Positions 1-10,569 are shown, counted from the first letter of the stretch. The stretch is DNA of 64,000 nucleotides from Armatimonadota bacterium (GCA_046292385.1 JBKBRF010000020.1:52090-116089), one strand, 5' to 3'. The notes: generated by a model from the letters alone, not told the origin. Numbers and translations: made by a program.

Positions 1-1
1 G

Positions 2-151
2 TGGCTGGAGGAGAACTGCCTCCTGACCCAGGCTTCGATCCGCGACCCGAAGAAGCAGGTGGGTGACCTGGTGCAGGACCTCCGCGCCAAGCTGGGTGAG
101 AACGTCCAGGTGCGCCGCTTCGTGCGGTACAAGGTCGGAGAAGAGGCCTGA
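2..151 (+). CDS. tsf: Elongation factor Ts, C-terminal fragment (5' truncated by window)
   Basis: Frame 2 reads [49 protein letters not shown], the EF-Ts C-terminal signature; lies directly upstream of pyrH-frr. Confidence 0.93.
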   Translation, partial: WLEENCLLTQASIRDPKKQVGDLVQDLRAKLGENVQVRRFVRYKVGEEA

Positions 152-155
152 TCCG

Positions 156-914
156 GTGAGCGACGACTCGCAAACTCCGGCTGCGCCCCTGCGCTGGAAG
201 CGAGCGCTGCTGAAACTCAGCGGTGAGGCATTTGCGGGCGGTCAGGGCATCGGGATCGATGCCCCGACCGTCCGTCGCATCGCCGAGGAGGTCAGCGGGG
301 TCGCCGCGCTGGGCGTGGAGCTGGCCGTGGTGGTAGGCGGCGGCAACATCATCCGCGGCGGGCTCGCCAGCGCCGCCGGGATCGAGCGCACCACCGGCGA
401 CCACATGGGCATGCTCGCTACGGTGATCAACTGCCTCGCGCTGCAGGATGCGCTGGAGAGCATGGGGATCCCGGTGCGGACCCAGACCGGCATCTCCATG
501 AGCCAGATCGCGGAGCCGTTCATCCGGCGCCGCGCCATCCGTCACCTGGAGAAGGGCCGGGTGGTGATCTTCGGAGCCGGCACCGGCAACCCGTACTTCA
601 CCACCGATACCGCCGCCGCGCTGCGGGCGCTGGAGATACGCGCCCAGGTGATCCTCAAGGCGACCAACATCGACGGCATCTACGACCGTGACCCTCGCAA
701 GCACCCGGACGCCGTGAAGTTTACGGAGCTCTCCCATGAGGAAGCGTTCCATCGGCGGCTGGCGGTGATGGACCTGACCGCCTTCTCCCTGAGCATGGAG
801 AACGGAATCCCGATTGTCGTATTCGACATGAACGAGAGCGGGAATATCCGGCGCGTGCTGCAGGGCGAGCCGGTCGGAACGGTGGTCGGAACCCGCTCCG
901 GCGACGCCGACTGA
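156..914 (+). CDS. pyrH: UMP kinase
   Basis: [30 protein letters not shown] and [10 protein letters not shown] motifs; GTG start at 156 chosen after the tsf stop. Confidence 0.97.
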   Translation: MSDDSQTPAAPLRWKRALLKLSGEAFAGGQGIGIDAPTVRRIAEEVSGVAALGVELAVVVGGGNIIRGGLASAAGIERTTGDHMGMLATVINCLALQDALESMGIPVRTQTGISMSQIAEPFIRRRAIRHLEKGRVVIFGAGTGNPYFTTDTAAALRALEIRAQVILKATNIDGIYDRDPRKHPDAVKFTELSHEEAFHRRLAVMDLTAFSLSMENGIPIVVFDMNESGNIRRVLQGEPVGTVVGTRSGDAD

Positions 915-962
915 CCGGAAGCTCCGGCGACCGATTCCTGCCCGGAGACAGGAGACGCAGAA

Positions 963-1535
963 ATGGCAGACGAGAACTTCGGAAAGAACCTGCTGCGCGA
1001 TGCCGACGACCGGATGCGGAAGAGCATTGAGTCGACGCAGCACGACCTGCAGGCGATCCGCACCGGCCGCGCCAACCCGGCGCTGCTGGAGCGGGTAGAG
1101 GTGGAGTATTACGGCAGTAAGATGCCCCTCCCGCAGGTAGCCACCGTCACCGCGCCGGAAGCGCGCATGCTAGTGGTCTCCCCCTGGGACCGCGGTGCCC
1201 TCCCCGCCATCGAGCGTGCGATCATGAAGTCGGACCTCGGTCTCAACCCGAGCAGCGACGGCCAGATGATCCGCCTCATCGTGCCGCAGCTCACCGAGGA
1301 GACGCGCAAGGGCCTGATCAAGCAGGTCCACAAGCGGATCGAGGAGGGGAAGGTCGCCATCCGCAACATCCGCCGCGACGCGATCGAGCAGCTTCGCTCC
1401 GCCAAGAAGAACAGCGAGATCGGCGAGGACGAGGAGAAGCGGCTGGAAGGCGACGTCCAGAAGTCGACCGACAAGTTCGTCGCGGAGCTGGACGCGATCC
1501 AGAAGCACAAGGAAGCGGAATTGATGGAAGTCTGA
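963..1535 (+). CDS. frr: Ribosome recycling factor
   Basis: IRTGRANPALL, VEYYG and NIRRDA motifs; conserved tsf-pyrH-frr order. Confidence 0.97.
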   Translation: MADENFGKNLLRDADDRMRKSIESTQHDLQAIRTGRANPALLERVEVEYYGSKMPLPQVATVTAPEARMLVVSPWDRGALPAIERAIMKSDLGLNPSSDGQMIRLIVPQLTEETRKGLIKQVHKRIEEGKVAIRNIRRDAIEQLRSAKKNSEIGEDEEKRLEGDVQKSTDKFVAELDAIQKHKEAELMEV

Positions 1536-1560
1536 GCCTCGCTCAGCTCCATCCACCTCG

Positions 1561-1592
1561 AGGGGCTCCGGCGGCAACGCCGGGGCCTTTTC
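1561..1592 (+). terminator. Probable intrinsic terminator after frr
   Basis: GGCTCCGGCG-GCAA-CGCCGGGGCC hairpin followed by TTTT. Confidence 0.7.
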
Positions 1593-1715
1593 CGCTTAGC
1601 CTCGCCAGGGCCAGTCGTGAGCCGAGCGCCGGCCACCCCCGAAGGAACGGGTTCGAGGAGCGCGAGCAGGCCGCTTCCGGCAGCCCTTTCGGTGGAGGCA
1701 CCGCTCCCCGAGTTC

Positions 1716-1874
1716 GTCATTCTGAACGCAGTGAAGAATCTCGGCAGCCGTCCTGGTCCGGTGCACGCATCTTCGTGACGAGGACCCAAACAGGCGAGGC
1801 GCTCCCGAACGTGTGGGCCCGGCGTACTCCCGGAGAGCCGAGTGACGTAGATCCTTCACTGCGTTCAGGATGAC
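1716..1874. repeat. 26-bp inverted repeat pair (REP/MITE-like)
   Basis: GTCATTCTGAACGCAGTGAAGAATCT (1716-1741) versus AGATCCTTCACTGCGTTCAGGATGAC (1849-1874), 24/26 complementary. Confidence 0.8.
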
Positions 1875-2065
1875 CTCCGGGGGCGGAGCCGTGCTCAAGC
1901 TGGGCTCACGCCGATCCGATGGGACCGGTTCGCGGCAAAACCCCACGCGACGCCCTTCAGTGCAGCGCCCCATAGAGGGCGGGGAGCGGCCGGGCGCTAA
2001 CGTAGCTGCGGCCGGTATACTCTCCGCGCCGCGCGTGCGGCTCACCCGCTCTACGGAGACCCTCG

Positions 2066-3370
2066 ATGCCTCGACTTCCGCTTCGCTTCTTTTGCCTGCT
2101 GCTGCTTGGCTGGACTGCAGTCGGGCTGGCCGGCACGGCCGGCGCCCATCCAAGCCACGATGACGACCACCTCCGCATAGGGATCCTCGCGCCGGTCACC
2201 GGCAGTGCGGAAGCGACAGGTAGAGAGATGCTCCACGGCGCTGCGCTGGCGGTGGAGCAGATCAATGCCGCCGGTGGGGTGCGGGTCGGCAAGAAGCGGA
2301 TGGAGCTGGAGCTGGTTACCGGCGACACGCAGTCGACCGCCGAGGGGGGAGTCGCGGCGGCGAACGCGCTGATCCAGCAGCAGGTCGTCTCGTTCATTGG
2401 GGCCTACGGCAGCGCGACCACCCTCGCGGCGCAGGTGCCGATCTCCGCCGCGAAGCTGCCGTACCTGGTGAGCGGCGCCAGCACGCCGCGCATCACGCGC
2501 CGCACCGATCTGGACACCAGCCGGATGTTCCACCTGCACGAGCTGGGCCCGTGGGATGGGGCCGCCGCCGCGCGGTTCCTGGCCGAGGCGGCGCGGCCGG
2601 CGCTGGCACCGAAGCGGAACCTCCGCGTGGCGGTGCTGTATCAGGACACCGCGTTCGGGCAGGACTTCCTGAACGGCCTGCCCGGCCTGGGCCTGCAGGG
2701 CTACACGGAGGCGCGAGGGCTGCCGCTGGACCTCGTGGCGGTGGAGCCGTTCGCCAACGGCGCGACCGACTTCGAAGAGCAGCTCCTCCGGGTGCGGGAT
2801 GCGGACCCGGACATCATCGTCCCCGTCGCCCTGGTGGCGGAGGCGATTCCCATGCTGCACCAGGCCGTGAACGAGCTCGGGATGAGCGTTCCCTGGGGGC
2901 CGGTCAACAAGGTTTGCGAGTCCCCCGCGTTCTACGAGGCGATCGACGACCTCCGAGTCCCGATCTTCATCGGAACCTACTTCTCCGTCTGGGACACCCC
3001 GCGCGGCAAAGCCGGACGCCACCTCGATAGCTTCCGCGGCCAGTACGTGGTGCGCTGGGGTGAGCTGCCCGGCCTGGAGGCGGCGCTGCAGTACGAGGCG
3101 ATCTACACCCTCAAGGCGGTCTACGAGCGGGCGCGCACCCTGCGACCTGCGAAGGTGACGCAGGCGTTCCGCAGCCTCAACACGCCGAGCCGGATCTTGC
3201 CGACCGTGAAGCGGAAGATCCGCTTCGATAAGAACCGCGAGGTCCGCTTCGATCTCTTCGTGACGCAGCTCTTCTTCGACGAGGAACTCGGCCGGATGCG
3301 CTCTCGCATCGTCTGGCCCGCGTCCCTCGCTACCGGTCCGCTGGACCTGGAGCCGGAGCCCCGGGGATAG
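2066..3370 (+). CDS. ABC transporter substrate-binding protein, LivJ/branched-chain amino acid-like family
   Basis: Signal peptide, IGILAPVTG...GAALAVEQINAAGG, IGAYGS and QDTAFGQ motifs. Confidence 0.85.
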   Translation: MPRLPLRFFCLLLLGWTAVGLAGTAGAHPSHDDDHLRIGILAPVTGSAEATGREMLHGAALAVEQINAAGGVRVGKKRMELELVTGDTQSTAEGGVAAANALIQQQVVSFIGAYGSATTLAAQVPISAAKLPYLVSGASTPRITRRTDLDTSRMFHLHELGPWDGAAAARFLAEAARPALAPKRNLRVAVLYQDTAFGQDFLNGLPGLGLQGYTEARGLPLDLVAVEPFANGATDFEEQLLRVRDADPDIIVPVALVAEAIPMLHQAVNELGMSVPWGPVNKVCESPAFYEAIDDLRVPIFIGTYFSVWDTPRGKAGRHLDSFRGQYVVRWGELPGLEAALQYEAIYTLKAVYERARTLRPAKVTQAFRSLNTPSRILPTVKRKIRFDKNREVRFDLFVTQLFFDEELGRMRSRIVWPASLATGPLDLEPEPRG

Positions 3371-3475
3371 CCGCTCACGTCCGGCCCGCTGCGCTTGCCG
3401 CCGCGCACGGGCCGGGCGTGAGATAATCGAGACGAAGTAGTCGTTAGTCAAGCCGGGATCGACGGGGGAAGCTCT

Positions 3476-3560
3476 GTTGCAGGTTTGCAAGTTGGCAGGT
3501 TGCAGGTTGGGAACACGGGAGGCGGGGTTTGGAACCTGCAACCTGTTAACCTGCAACCTG
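3476..3560. repeat. Inverted arrays of (GCAGGTT)-like heptamers
   Basis: Left arm GTTGCAGGTTTGCAAGTTGGCAGGTTGCAGGTT; right arm AACCTGCAACCTGTTAACCTGCAACCT. Confidence 0.75.
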
Positions 3561-3686
3561 GAAACAGACGGGGAGCGAGCTGCCCTTTCCCCGCTCTCCC
3601 TTGCTCCCGCTCCCTGCCGAAAGCGGTAGCTTGACACACCCGAAATGTGGCGTCCGGCCGCGATCCGATCCGCGAGAGAGAACCCC

Positions 3687-5210
3687 ATGAGCTCCAGCAT
3701 TGCCCCTGTCCTGATCGCCGGCGAATGGCGGTCGAGCCACTCGACCGGCACCTTCCAGGCCGATAACCCGACCCTGGGGAAGGCGCTTCCGGAGAGCTAT
3801 CCGGTCTCTTCCCGCGAGGAGGTGCTGGAGGCGATCCGCGCCGGCTGCGAGGCGGCGGATGCCCTGCGACGGACGCCGGGTGAGGCGATTGCCCGCTTTC
3901 TGGAAGCGTTCGCGGACGGCATCGAGGCGCGGCGCGCCGACCTGGTGGCGCTGGCGCACGCGGAGAGCGGGCTGCCGGAGAAGCCGCGCCTGAAAGTGGT
4001 GGAGCTGCCGCGCACCACCAACCAGCTGCGCCTGGCGGCGAAGGCGGCGCGAGAGGGCACCTGGCGCGAGCCGATCCGGGACGAGGCGGCCGGCATCTAC
4101 TCGGTGCGCGCGCCGCTCGGCGGCCCGGTGGTGGTGATGGGGCCGAACAACTTCCCGTTCGCGTTCAATTCCGTGGCCGGGGGCGACTTTGCCGCCGCCC
4201 TCGCCGCGCACAACCCCGTCATCGCTAAGGCGAATACCAGCCATCCCGGTACCACCCGGCTGCTCGCTGAGATCGCGCGAGAGGCGGTGGAGAGCGCCGG
4301 CCTCCATCCCGCCACCGTGCAGCTGATCTACCGGACGCCGCGGGAGGTGGGGCTGGAGCTGGTTTCGCACCCGCTGGTCGGCGCGACCGGCTTCACCGGC
4401 AGCAAGGCGGCCGGTCTGCAGCTCAAGGACGCGGCGGACCGCGCCGGCAAGCCGATCTACCTGGAGATGTCGAGCGTCAACCCGGTGGTGGTGCTGGAAG
4501 GCGCGCTCCGCGAGCGGGGCGAGGCGATTGCCGAGGAGTTCTTCGGCTCCTGCACCATGGGCGCCGGCCAGTTCTGCACCAATCCCGGGTTCCTGGTGCT
4601 GCCGGACAGCGAAGCGGGCCGGGCGTTCGTCCAGGCGGCCTGCGCGAAGTTCGCGGCGGGCGCCCCGGGCGTGCTCCTGGGCAAGGGCGGCCGCTCGGCG
4701 CTGGTGGAGGCGGTCGGCACGCTCCGCGCGGCCGGAGCGACGGTGCTGGTCGGCGGCGAGCCGGCGGAAGGTCCCGCCTACCGGTTCCAGAACACGCTGC
4801 TGCAGGTGACCGGGGAGCAGTTCCTGCAGAACCCGCACGACCTCCAGACCGAGGCGTTCGGGCCGGTTTCGCTGCTCGTCATGTCGAGCAGTACGGCGCA
4901 GACGGTCGAGATCCTCCGCCGGCTCGAAGGCAACCTCACCGGCACGATCTATTCCGATACCGCGGGCAGCGACGACGCCGACTATGCCGCGATCGAGCCG
5001 CCGCTCCGCCAGCGCGTGGGCCGGCTGCTCAACGACAAGATGCCGACCGGCGTGGCGGTGAGCCCCGCCATGAACCACGGCGGCCCGTACCCGGCCACCG
5101 GCCACCCCGGCTTCACGGCCGTCGGTCTCCCGACCAGCATAAGCCGCTTCACCGCGCTGCACTGCTACGACAACGTCCGCCCCGAGCGCCTCCCCGAGGA
5201 CCTGCGCTGA
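3687..5210 (+). CDS. Aldehyde dehydrogenase, alpha-ketoglutaric semialdehyde dehydrogenase (NADP+) subfamily
   Basis: GPNNFPFAFNSVAGGD, GFTGS, LEMSSVNP, catalytic GQFCTNPG, EAFGP and HGGPYPAT motifs. Confidence 0.9.
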   Translation: MSSSIAPVLIAGEWRSSHSTGTFQADNPTLGKALPESYPVSSREEVLEAIRAGCEAADALRRTPGEAIARFLEAFADGIEARRADLVALAHAESGLPEKPRLKVVELPRTTNQLRLAAKAAREGTWREPIRDEAAGIYSVRAPLGGPVVVMGPNNFPFAFNSVAGGDFAAALAAHNPVIAKANTSHPGTTRLLAEIAREAVESAGLHPATVQLIYRTPREVGLELVSHPLVGATGFTGSKAAGLQLKDAADRAGKPIYLEMSSVNPVVVLEGALRERGEAIAEEFFGSCTMGAGQFCTNPGFLVLPDSEAGRAFVQAACAKFAAGAPGVLLGKGGRSALVEAVGTLRAAGATVLVGGEPAEGPAYRFQNTLLQVTGEQFLQNPHDLQTEAFGPVSLLVMSSSTAQTVEILRRLEGNLTGTIYSDTAGSDDADYAAIEPPLRQRVGRLLNDKMPTGVAVSPAMNHGGPYPATGHPGFTAVGLPTSISRFTALHCYDNVRPERLPEDLR

Positions 5211-5220
5211 GTCAGGCAGA

Positions 5221-5422
5221 TGTGTAAGAAGGGGGATAAGGGGATAGGGGGGATAAGGGGATGGACATGCTCCAGGCTCGCCTGACGCAGATCCGGTGCG
5301 GCCCCGACGGTGCTGAGAGGTTGGTGGCCATCAGCCTGACGGGTTCGTAGCAGCACCGTTCTTCTGTTTGGTCCGGTTTATCCCCCTATCCCCCTTCATC
5401 TCCACATCTCCTTTCTTACACA
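5221..5422. repeat. Inverted repeat element built from (GGGGATAAG)-like 9-mers
   Basis: TGTGTAAGAAGGGGGATAAGGGGATAGGGGGGATAAGGGGATG at left; TTTATCCCCCTATCCCCCTTCATCTCCACATCTCCTTTCTTACACA at right. Confidence 0.75.
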
Positions 5423-5430
5423 AGCGTCGA

Positions 5431-6600
5431 ATGCCGAAGTCAGCTCCTGTCGTTCAGAGGTTCTTTGCTCCCTGCCCGCGCGGGTTGGAGGAGTCGCTTT
5501 CGGAGGAGCTGGAGGGGCTGGGGGCGCGGGAGGTGGAGCGGGTGCCGGGCGGGGTGCACTTTCGGGGCGACTGGTCGGTCTGCTACCGGGTGAACCTGCA
5601 CAGCCGCATCGCCACCCGCGTCCTCTGGCGCGTGGCGCACGCACCGTACCGCGTCGAGCCGGAGGTCTACCGCGCCGCGTTCGACGCTCCCTGGCGCGAC
5701 TGGTTCGATCCGGCGCAGACGATCCGCGTCTACACGACGGGGGTGCAGTCGCCGCTGCGGAGCCTCGACTACATCACGGTCCACATCAAGGATGCCATCT
5801 GCGCCCGCTTCACCCAGGACTGCGGCGAGCGGCCGAGCGTAAACACCGAGGCACCGGACGTGCGAATCCACGCGTTCCTGGACGCGCGGACGGTGACGCT
5901 CTACCTCGACACCTCCGGCGAGCCGCTCTTCAAGCGCGGCTATCGCCGGACCACCACCGAGGCACCGCTGAAGGAAAACCTGGCGGCCGGCATCCTGCGC
6001 CTCACCGGCTGGCAGCCCGGGACGCCGCTCCTCGACCCGATGTGCGGCAGCGGCACGTTTCTGCTGGAGGCGGCGCAGATCGCGCTGAACATCGCGCCGG
6101 GAAGCGCGCGCCGGTTCGGGTTCGAGAAGCTGAAGTGGCATCAGCCGGCACTCTGGTCGCGCATCCAGGCGGACGCCCGTGCGAAGCAGCTTCCGCCCCG
6201 CCCGCTCCCGATCTACGGCTGCGATCTCCACAACGGGGAGCTGGAGGCGGCGCGCCGCAACCTGGCGGATGCCGGGCTGGGGGAGGTCGTGCGGCTCAAG
6301 CAGGCCGACATCCTGCGCGTCTCCGCGCCCGCCGAGAGCGGCGTGATGGTGACGAACCCGCCGTACGGCGTCCGCCTGGGGGAGCAGGAGGAGCTGGCGC
6401 GCTTCTACCCGCGCCTGGGCGACGCCCTGAAGCAGAACTTCGCGGGGTGGGACTGCTTCATCCTGAGCGCCGATCCGCGCCTGCCCAAGCTGATCCGCCT
6501 CGGCACGAGCCGCCGCATCCCGCTCTTCAACGGCGCGCTGGAGTGCCGCCTGCTGGAGTACCGCATGGTCGCGGGCCCTCGGAAAGGCCCGGCCGACTGA
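5431..6600 (+). CDS. rlmL: THUMP-domain class I SAM-dependent RNA methyltransferase (RlmL-like)
   Basis: CPRGLE, DTSGEPLFKRGYR, APLKENLAA, DPMCGSGT and TNPPYGVR motifs. Confidence 0.85.
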   Translation: MPKSAPVVQRFFAPCPRGLEESLSEELEGLGAREVERVPGGVHFRGDWSVCYRVNLHSRIATRVLWRVAHAPYRVEPEVYRAAFDAPWRDWFDPAQTIRVYTTGVQSPLRSLDYITVHIKDAICARFTQDCGERPSVNTEAPDVRIHAFLDARTVTLYLDTSGEPLFKRGYRRTTTEAPLKENLAAGILRLTGWQPGTPLLDPMCGSGTFLLEAAQIALNIAPGSARRFGFEKLKWHQPALWSRIQADARAKQLPPRPLPIYGCDLHNGELEAARRNLADAGLGEVVRLKQADILRVSAPAESGVMVTNPPYGVRLGEQEELARFYPRLGDALKQNFAGWDCFILSADPRLPKLIRLGTSRRIPLFNGALECRLLEYRMVAGPRKGPAD

Positions 6601-6625
6601 GCCGCCGCGCCGGCGGAGAACCGCC

Positions 6626-7435
6626 ATGCTCCCGATCATCGAGCTCCCGCTCGTCAGCGAGGACTGGGTCTACCCCTGCTCCGCCGACGACCTCCGCGGG
6701 CGGCTGTCGACCGTCCCGGAAGCGGACTTGAACGGCCTGCGCCGCATCCTTCTCGCGCCCTCCACGCGGAAGGACCACACTTCGAACGGGAGCTATCGCT
6801 ACTCCCCAAAGCCGGAGATCCGGATCTACTCCCATCCACGGTCGCTCCGGCATAAGCTGCCCTCCTGGACCGGGACGCGGCACCTCCCGTTGTATGCGGT
6901 CGAGCGGCAGTACGGGATGACGGTGGAGCAGGTGGGGAGCCGCTACTTCTGCTGCTGGGAGCCGGAGGCGCTGCGGCGCTTCATCGTGGAGCACGTGCTG
7001 CTGCACGAGATCGGCCACCACGTCTACCACCAGCAGCGGCGGATCGCCGGCTGCGAACATCGGCCCAACACGCGAGAGTCGGAGCAGTTCGCCGAAGCCT
7101 ACGCGCTTCGGCACTCACGCGAACTGGGTCCACGGTGGGGGAGCGGGAACGAAGTAGAGCCGCAGGTCTCGGAGGTGGCTCGACGCGGAGACCACGTTCG
7201 TCCACACCGCGGCAGTGAGGAGGAGCGACCACCAGCCACGCCGTCGCAGCGTGGACCAGCCCTCCCGCTTCGGGATCCCGAACCACGCGCGTGCCTGGAA
7301 GAAACTCACCGTCAACCAGAGAATGCTCCCGGTGGCGGCGGTCTGACTGACAAAACCCGGAGCGAGCAGCGGCAGTCCCGAGGTGACCACCGAAGTAGCC
7401 AGGCCGGCAGTGGTGACGGCACTCGTCACGAATAG
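6626..7435 (+). CDS. Hypothetical zincin-like protein with HExxH motif (3' end uncertain)
   Basis: VLLHEIGHH followed by ESEQFAEAYA; the last ~105 codons overlap the opposite-strand gene. Confidence 0.6.
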   Translation: MLPIIELPLVSEDWVYPCSADDLRGRLSTVPEADLNGLRRILLAPSTRKDHTSNGSYRYSPKPEIRIYSHPRSLRHKLPSWTGTRHLPLYAVERQYGMTVEQVGSRYFCCWEPEALRRFIVEHVLLHEIGHHVYHQQRRIAGCEHRPNTRESEQFAEAYALRHSRELGPRWGSGNEVEPQVSEVARRGDHVRPHRGSEEERPPATPSQRGPALPLRDPEPRACLEETHRQPENAPGGGGLTDKTRSEQRQSRGDHRSSQAGSGDGTRHE

Positions 7436-7714
7436 GGCGGCCATCAGCGGAGCCCAGGCGCCGGCGTCTCCGGGGATGAGTCCCGGCAGGCAGACCCGCG
7501 CGAGGACGAGGATCCACGTGATGATCACCGTGCCGGCAACTCCAAGCTGATAGTCCACGAGGAACAGCACCGGCAGTGCCGCGACGGCTACGAGCGCCAT
7601 CATCCCCAGGAAGATGAGGCCCACCGCCAGAATCCGAACGCACGCCGGCGGGTCCGTGTGCGGCGAGGTGCTCTTGCTCGCCGGATCCCGATCAACTGGG
7701 CGCTCGGTGGACAT
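7115..7714 (-). CDS. Hypothetical multi-pass membrane protein
   Basis: About five hydrophobic segments; AAGGAG Shine-Dalgarno upstream of the ATG at 7714. Confidence 0.65.
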   Translation of the reverse strand: MSTERPVDRDPASKSTSPHTDPPACVRILAVGLIFLGMMALVAVAALPVLFLVDYQLGVAGTVIITWILVLARVCLPGLIPGDAGAWAPLMAALFVTSAVTTAGLATSVVTSGLPLLAPGFVSQTAATGSILWLTVSFFQARAWFGIPKREGWSTLRRRGWWSLLLTAAVWTNVVSASSHLRDLRLYFVPAPPPWTQFA

Positions 7715-7765
7715 TGACACTCCTTCGCCCGGTCTCTGTTGCTCCCGTGTCCGGGACCCACCCGA

Positions 7766-8647
7766 TCACCGCAGGAAGGCGAGGGTGGCGTCGGTGCCCC
7801 ATTTGCCTTCGACGAAGGCGGTCACAGAGTCGAGTTCCACGCCTTCTCCGCGGAGGTCCTGCAAGACCCCGAACATTCGCTGCAGCATCGCGTCGTTCTC
7901 GCGGTCCTCGCGGATGCCGCCGATCTCGTCGATGCCGAGCGCAAGGGCGGGCCGGCGGAACTCCCGAAAGTAGCGGCGGAGGGAGTCGACAGCGCCGTCG
8001 AAGTCCCGGTCGCGCCCGACGAACCAGGTGCAGGAGACGACGTCCACGTAGTGGTCTCCCGGCCAGTAGTCGCGGATCATCGCGTAGCGGTCGCCGCGGA
8101 TGTCGGAGCGGATGGCGGGGGAGAAGGCGAAGCGGACCTCCGGCGCCCGGAAGCGGAACACCTCGCGGACCATCGGGAAGGTGCGGCGGTAGTCGTCCGG
8201 GCGGCGGCCCCAGACCTGGGACGGGGTGGGAGAGTCGTTGAACTCCGAGGCGTAGCGGATTACGATCTCCAGCCGCTTCCCGGCGGCCCGGGCGAGCTGC
8301 TGATACGCCTCCAGCTCCGCCGCCAGGCCGTGAAGGAGGTCGAGATTCCGCTCCACCCGCCTATACGGATCGGGAAGCTGGTAGGGGAGCAGGGCCAGGT
8401 TGAGCGTCTTGCCGGGTTGCTCGCTCGCGCGGAGGGAGGCGAGGAGCGCGTCGAAGAAGCGCTGGTGGTGCGGCCGCAGCGCGCGGCCGTGCCGGGCGAA
8501 GTAGCCGGCGGCATCCTCGTTGACGCCGTAGTAGAAGTTCGTTCCCTCCGGCTCGAAGCCGTAGCGCGCCCGCGCCGCCTCCTGCGGGAGCACCTCCGCG
8601 CCGTCCTTTCGGAAGAGCAGCAGCCGGCGGATGTTCGTGGGGCGCAT
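7766..8647 (-). CDS. Glycoside hydrolase family 26-like protein
   Basis: IRYASEFND (acid/base-like), FAFSP, YWPGDHYVDVV and GIDEIG (nucleophile-like); this is the 3' part of the 1018-aa ORF. Confidence 0.65.
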   Translation of the reverse strand: MRPTNIRRLLLFRKDGAEVLPQEAARARYGFEPEGTNFYYGVNEDAAGYFARHGRALRPHHQRFFDALLASLRASEQPGKTLNLALLPYQLPDPYRRVERNLDLLHGLAAELEAYQQLARAAGKRLEIVIRYASEFNDSPTPSQVWGRRPDDYRRTFPMVREVFRFRAPEVRFAFSPAIRSDIRGDRYAMIRDYWPGDHYVDVVSCTWFVGRDRDFDGAVDSLRRYFREFRRPALALGIDEIGGIREDRENDAMLQRMFGVLQDLRGEGVELDSVTAFVEGKWGTDATLAFLR

Positions 8648-8657
8648 GGGTTTGCCA

Positions 8658-8956
8658 GGTGTCAGGGGCCAGGGGCCAGGGGCCAGGGGCCAGGGGCCAG
8701 CGACGCCTGCCGTGAGGGAGGCAATGATTTCGGCACCGCACGGCGGGCCGTGAACGACCCGCCTGTCTCTTCGGAAAGCACCCTGAAGGGCGCTACTTTC
8801 CCGAGAACCCTCAGTCACGCCGATGAGCCAGCCTGCTTCAGCAGGCTTACACAAACTCCAGCCGGCTCCTTCAGGGGCCGGCGCGGCGTTAGAGAAGGGA
8901 CGCATCGCACGGGGGAGCCGCCCTGATCCCCGACCCCTGACCCCTGACCCCCGACC
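8658..8956. repeat. Composite element: (CAGGGGC)x5 and (CCCCTGA)-like arms enclosing REP-like palindromes
   Basis: Heptamer arrays at 8658-8700 and 8921-8956 in opposite orientation; internal AGCCTGCTTCAGCAGGCT and GCCGGCTCCTTCAGGGGCCGGC. Confidence 0.75.
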
Positions 8957-8961
8957 GAAAG

Positions 8962-10569
8962 CTACTTCCCGACCAGCACCCGCTCCGGCGGCTCGTTCAG
9001 GAACTGGACCTTCTGGTGCTGCTCGGCCATGTAGTTCAGGCTCCAGTCGCCGTCGAAGAGCCCGGCCGGCTGGCCCTCGACGTCCTCCACGCGGCGGGAG
9101 CCGTGGAACCAGCGCATCGCCTTCAGCTCCGCGGGGTCGGCGTCGAGCCAGCGGACGTGCGAGTAGGGGAGTGGCTCCAGGACGGTCTCCACGCCGTATT
9201 CGCTGCGGAGCCGGAACTGCACCACCTCGAACTGCAGGCGGCCGACCGCCCCCAGGATCGGCTCGCGGCGGGCGGCGTCGACGTCGTAGAAGACCTGCAC
9301 CACGCCTTCTTCGCCGAGCTGGTCGATTCCCTTCTGGAACTGCTTGTACTTGTCGATCCGGGTGTTCCGCAGGATGGCGAAGTGCTCCGGCTGGAATCGC
9401 GGGATGCCGCGGAAGCGGACCGGGGTGCCGGTGTAGAGCGTGTCCCCGATGTTGAAGACGCCGGGATTGGTGAGCCCAATGATGTCTCCGGGATACGCCT
9501 CTTCCATGATCTCGCGGTCTTGCGCGAAAAGCTTCTGGGGCCGCGTCAGGCGGACGGAGCGGCCGAGACGGGCGTTCTGCACGCTCATGTCGCGCTCGAA
9601 GCGGCCGGAGACGACGCGCATGAAGGCGATGCGGTCCCGGTGGTTCGGGTCCATGTTCGCCTGGATCTTGAAGACGAAGCCGCGGAAGTGCGGATCCTCC
9701 GGAGTGACTTCCGCGTCTTCCCCGGCCAGGTACGGGCGCGGCGCCGGGGCCATGCGCACGAACCAGTGCAGGAACGGCTCCACGCCGAAGTTGGTCACCG
9801 CGCTCCCGAAGAAAGCCGGGGTCACCTCGCCGGCGTCGACGCGCTCCTGGTCCAGCTCCTCGCCGGCCACGTCGAGCAGCTCGATCTCCTCGCGGAGCCG
9901 AGTATAGCGGACGTCGCCGAGGTGCTTCGCCAGGACCGGATCGTCCAGGTCGGTCACCTTCAGCGGGGCGCGATAGGCGCCGCGGTCGGTGCGCTCGAAG
10001 AGGTGCACCTCCTTCGAGCGCCGGTCGTAGACGCCGCGGAAGTCGGAGCCGTCCCCGATCGGCCAGTTGATCGGCACGGAGGAGATGCCGAGCACCTCTT
10101 CGATCTCCGCCAGAAGCTCCAGCGGCTCCTGACCGGGCCGGTCCATCTTGTTGATGAAGGTGAAGATCGGGATGCCGCGCTGCCGGCAGACGTGGAAGAG
10201 CTTCCGGGTCTGCGGCTCGACCCCCTTGGCGTTGTCGATCAGCATCACCGCGCTGTCGGCCGCCATCAGGGTGCGGTAGGTGTCCTCGCTGAAGTCCTGG
10301 TGGCCCGGCGTGTCGAGGAGGTTGAGGACGTGCCCCTCGTACTCGAACTGCAGCACGGTGGAGGTGATGGAGATGCCGCGCTGCTGCTCCAGCGCCATCC
10401 AGTCCGAGGTCGCCTTGCGCTGGTTCTTGCGCGCGCTCACGGAGCCGGCCAGCTGAATGGCGCCGCCGTACAGCAGGAGCTTCTCCGTTAGCGTGGTCTT
10501 CCCCGCGTCCGGATGGGAGATGATGGCGAAGGTGCGTCGCCGCTGGATCTGCTCGCGGTGCTGGCTCAT
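8962..10569 (-). CDS. prfC: Peptide chain release factor 3
   Basis: [37 protein letters not shown] and [17 protein letters not shown]. Confidence 0.98.
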   Translation of the reverse strand: MSQHREQIQRRRTFAIISHPDAGKTTLTEKLLLYGGAIQLAGSVSARKNQRKATSDWMALEQQRGISITSTVLQFEYEGHVLNLLDTPGHQDFSEDTYRTLMAADSAVMLIDNAKGVEPQTRKLFHVCRQRGIPIFTFINKMDRPGQEPLELLAEIEEVLGISSVPINWPIGDGSDFRGVYDRRSKEVHLFERTDRGAYRAPLKVTDLDDPVLAKHLGDVRYTRLREEIELLDVAGEELDQERVDAGEVTPAFFGSAVTNFGVEPFLHWFVRMAPAPRPYLAGEDAEVTPEDPHFRGFVFKIQANMDPNHRDRIAFMRVVSGRFERDMSVQNARLGRSVRLTRPQKLFAQDREIMEEAYPGDIIGLTNPGVFNIGDTLYTGTPVRFRGIPRFQPEHFAILRNTRIDKYKQFQKGIDQLGEEGVVQVFYDVDAARREPILGAVGRLQFEVVQFRLRSEYGVETVLEPLPYSHVRWLDADPAELKAMRWFHGSRRVEDVEGQPAGLFDGDWSLNYMAEQHQKVQFLNEPPERVLVGK

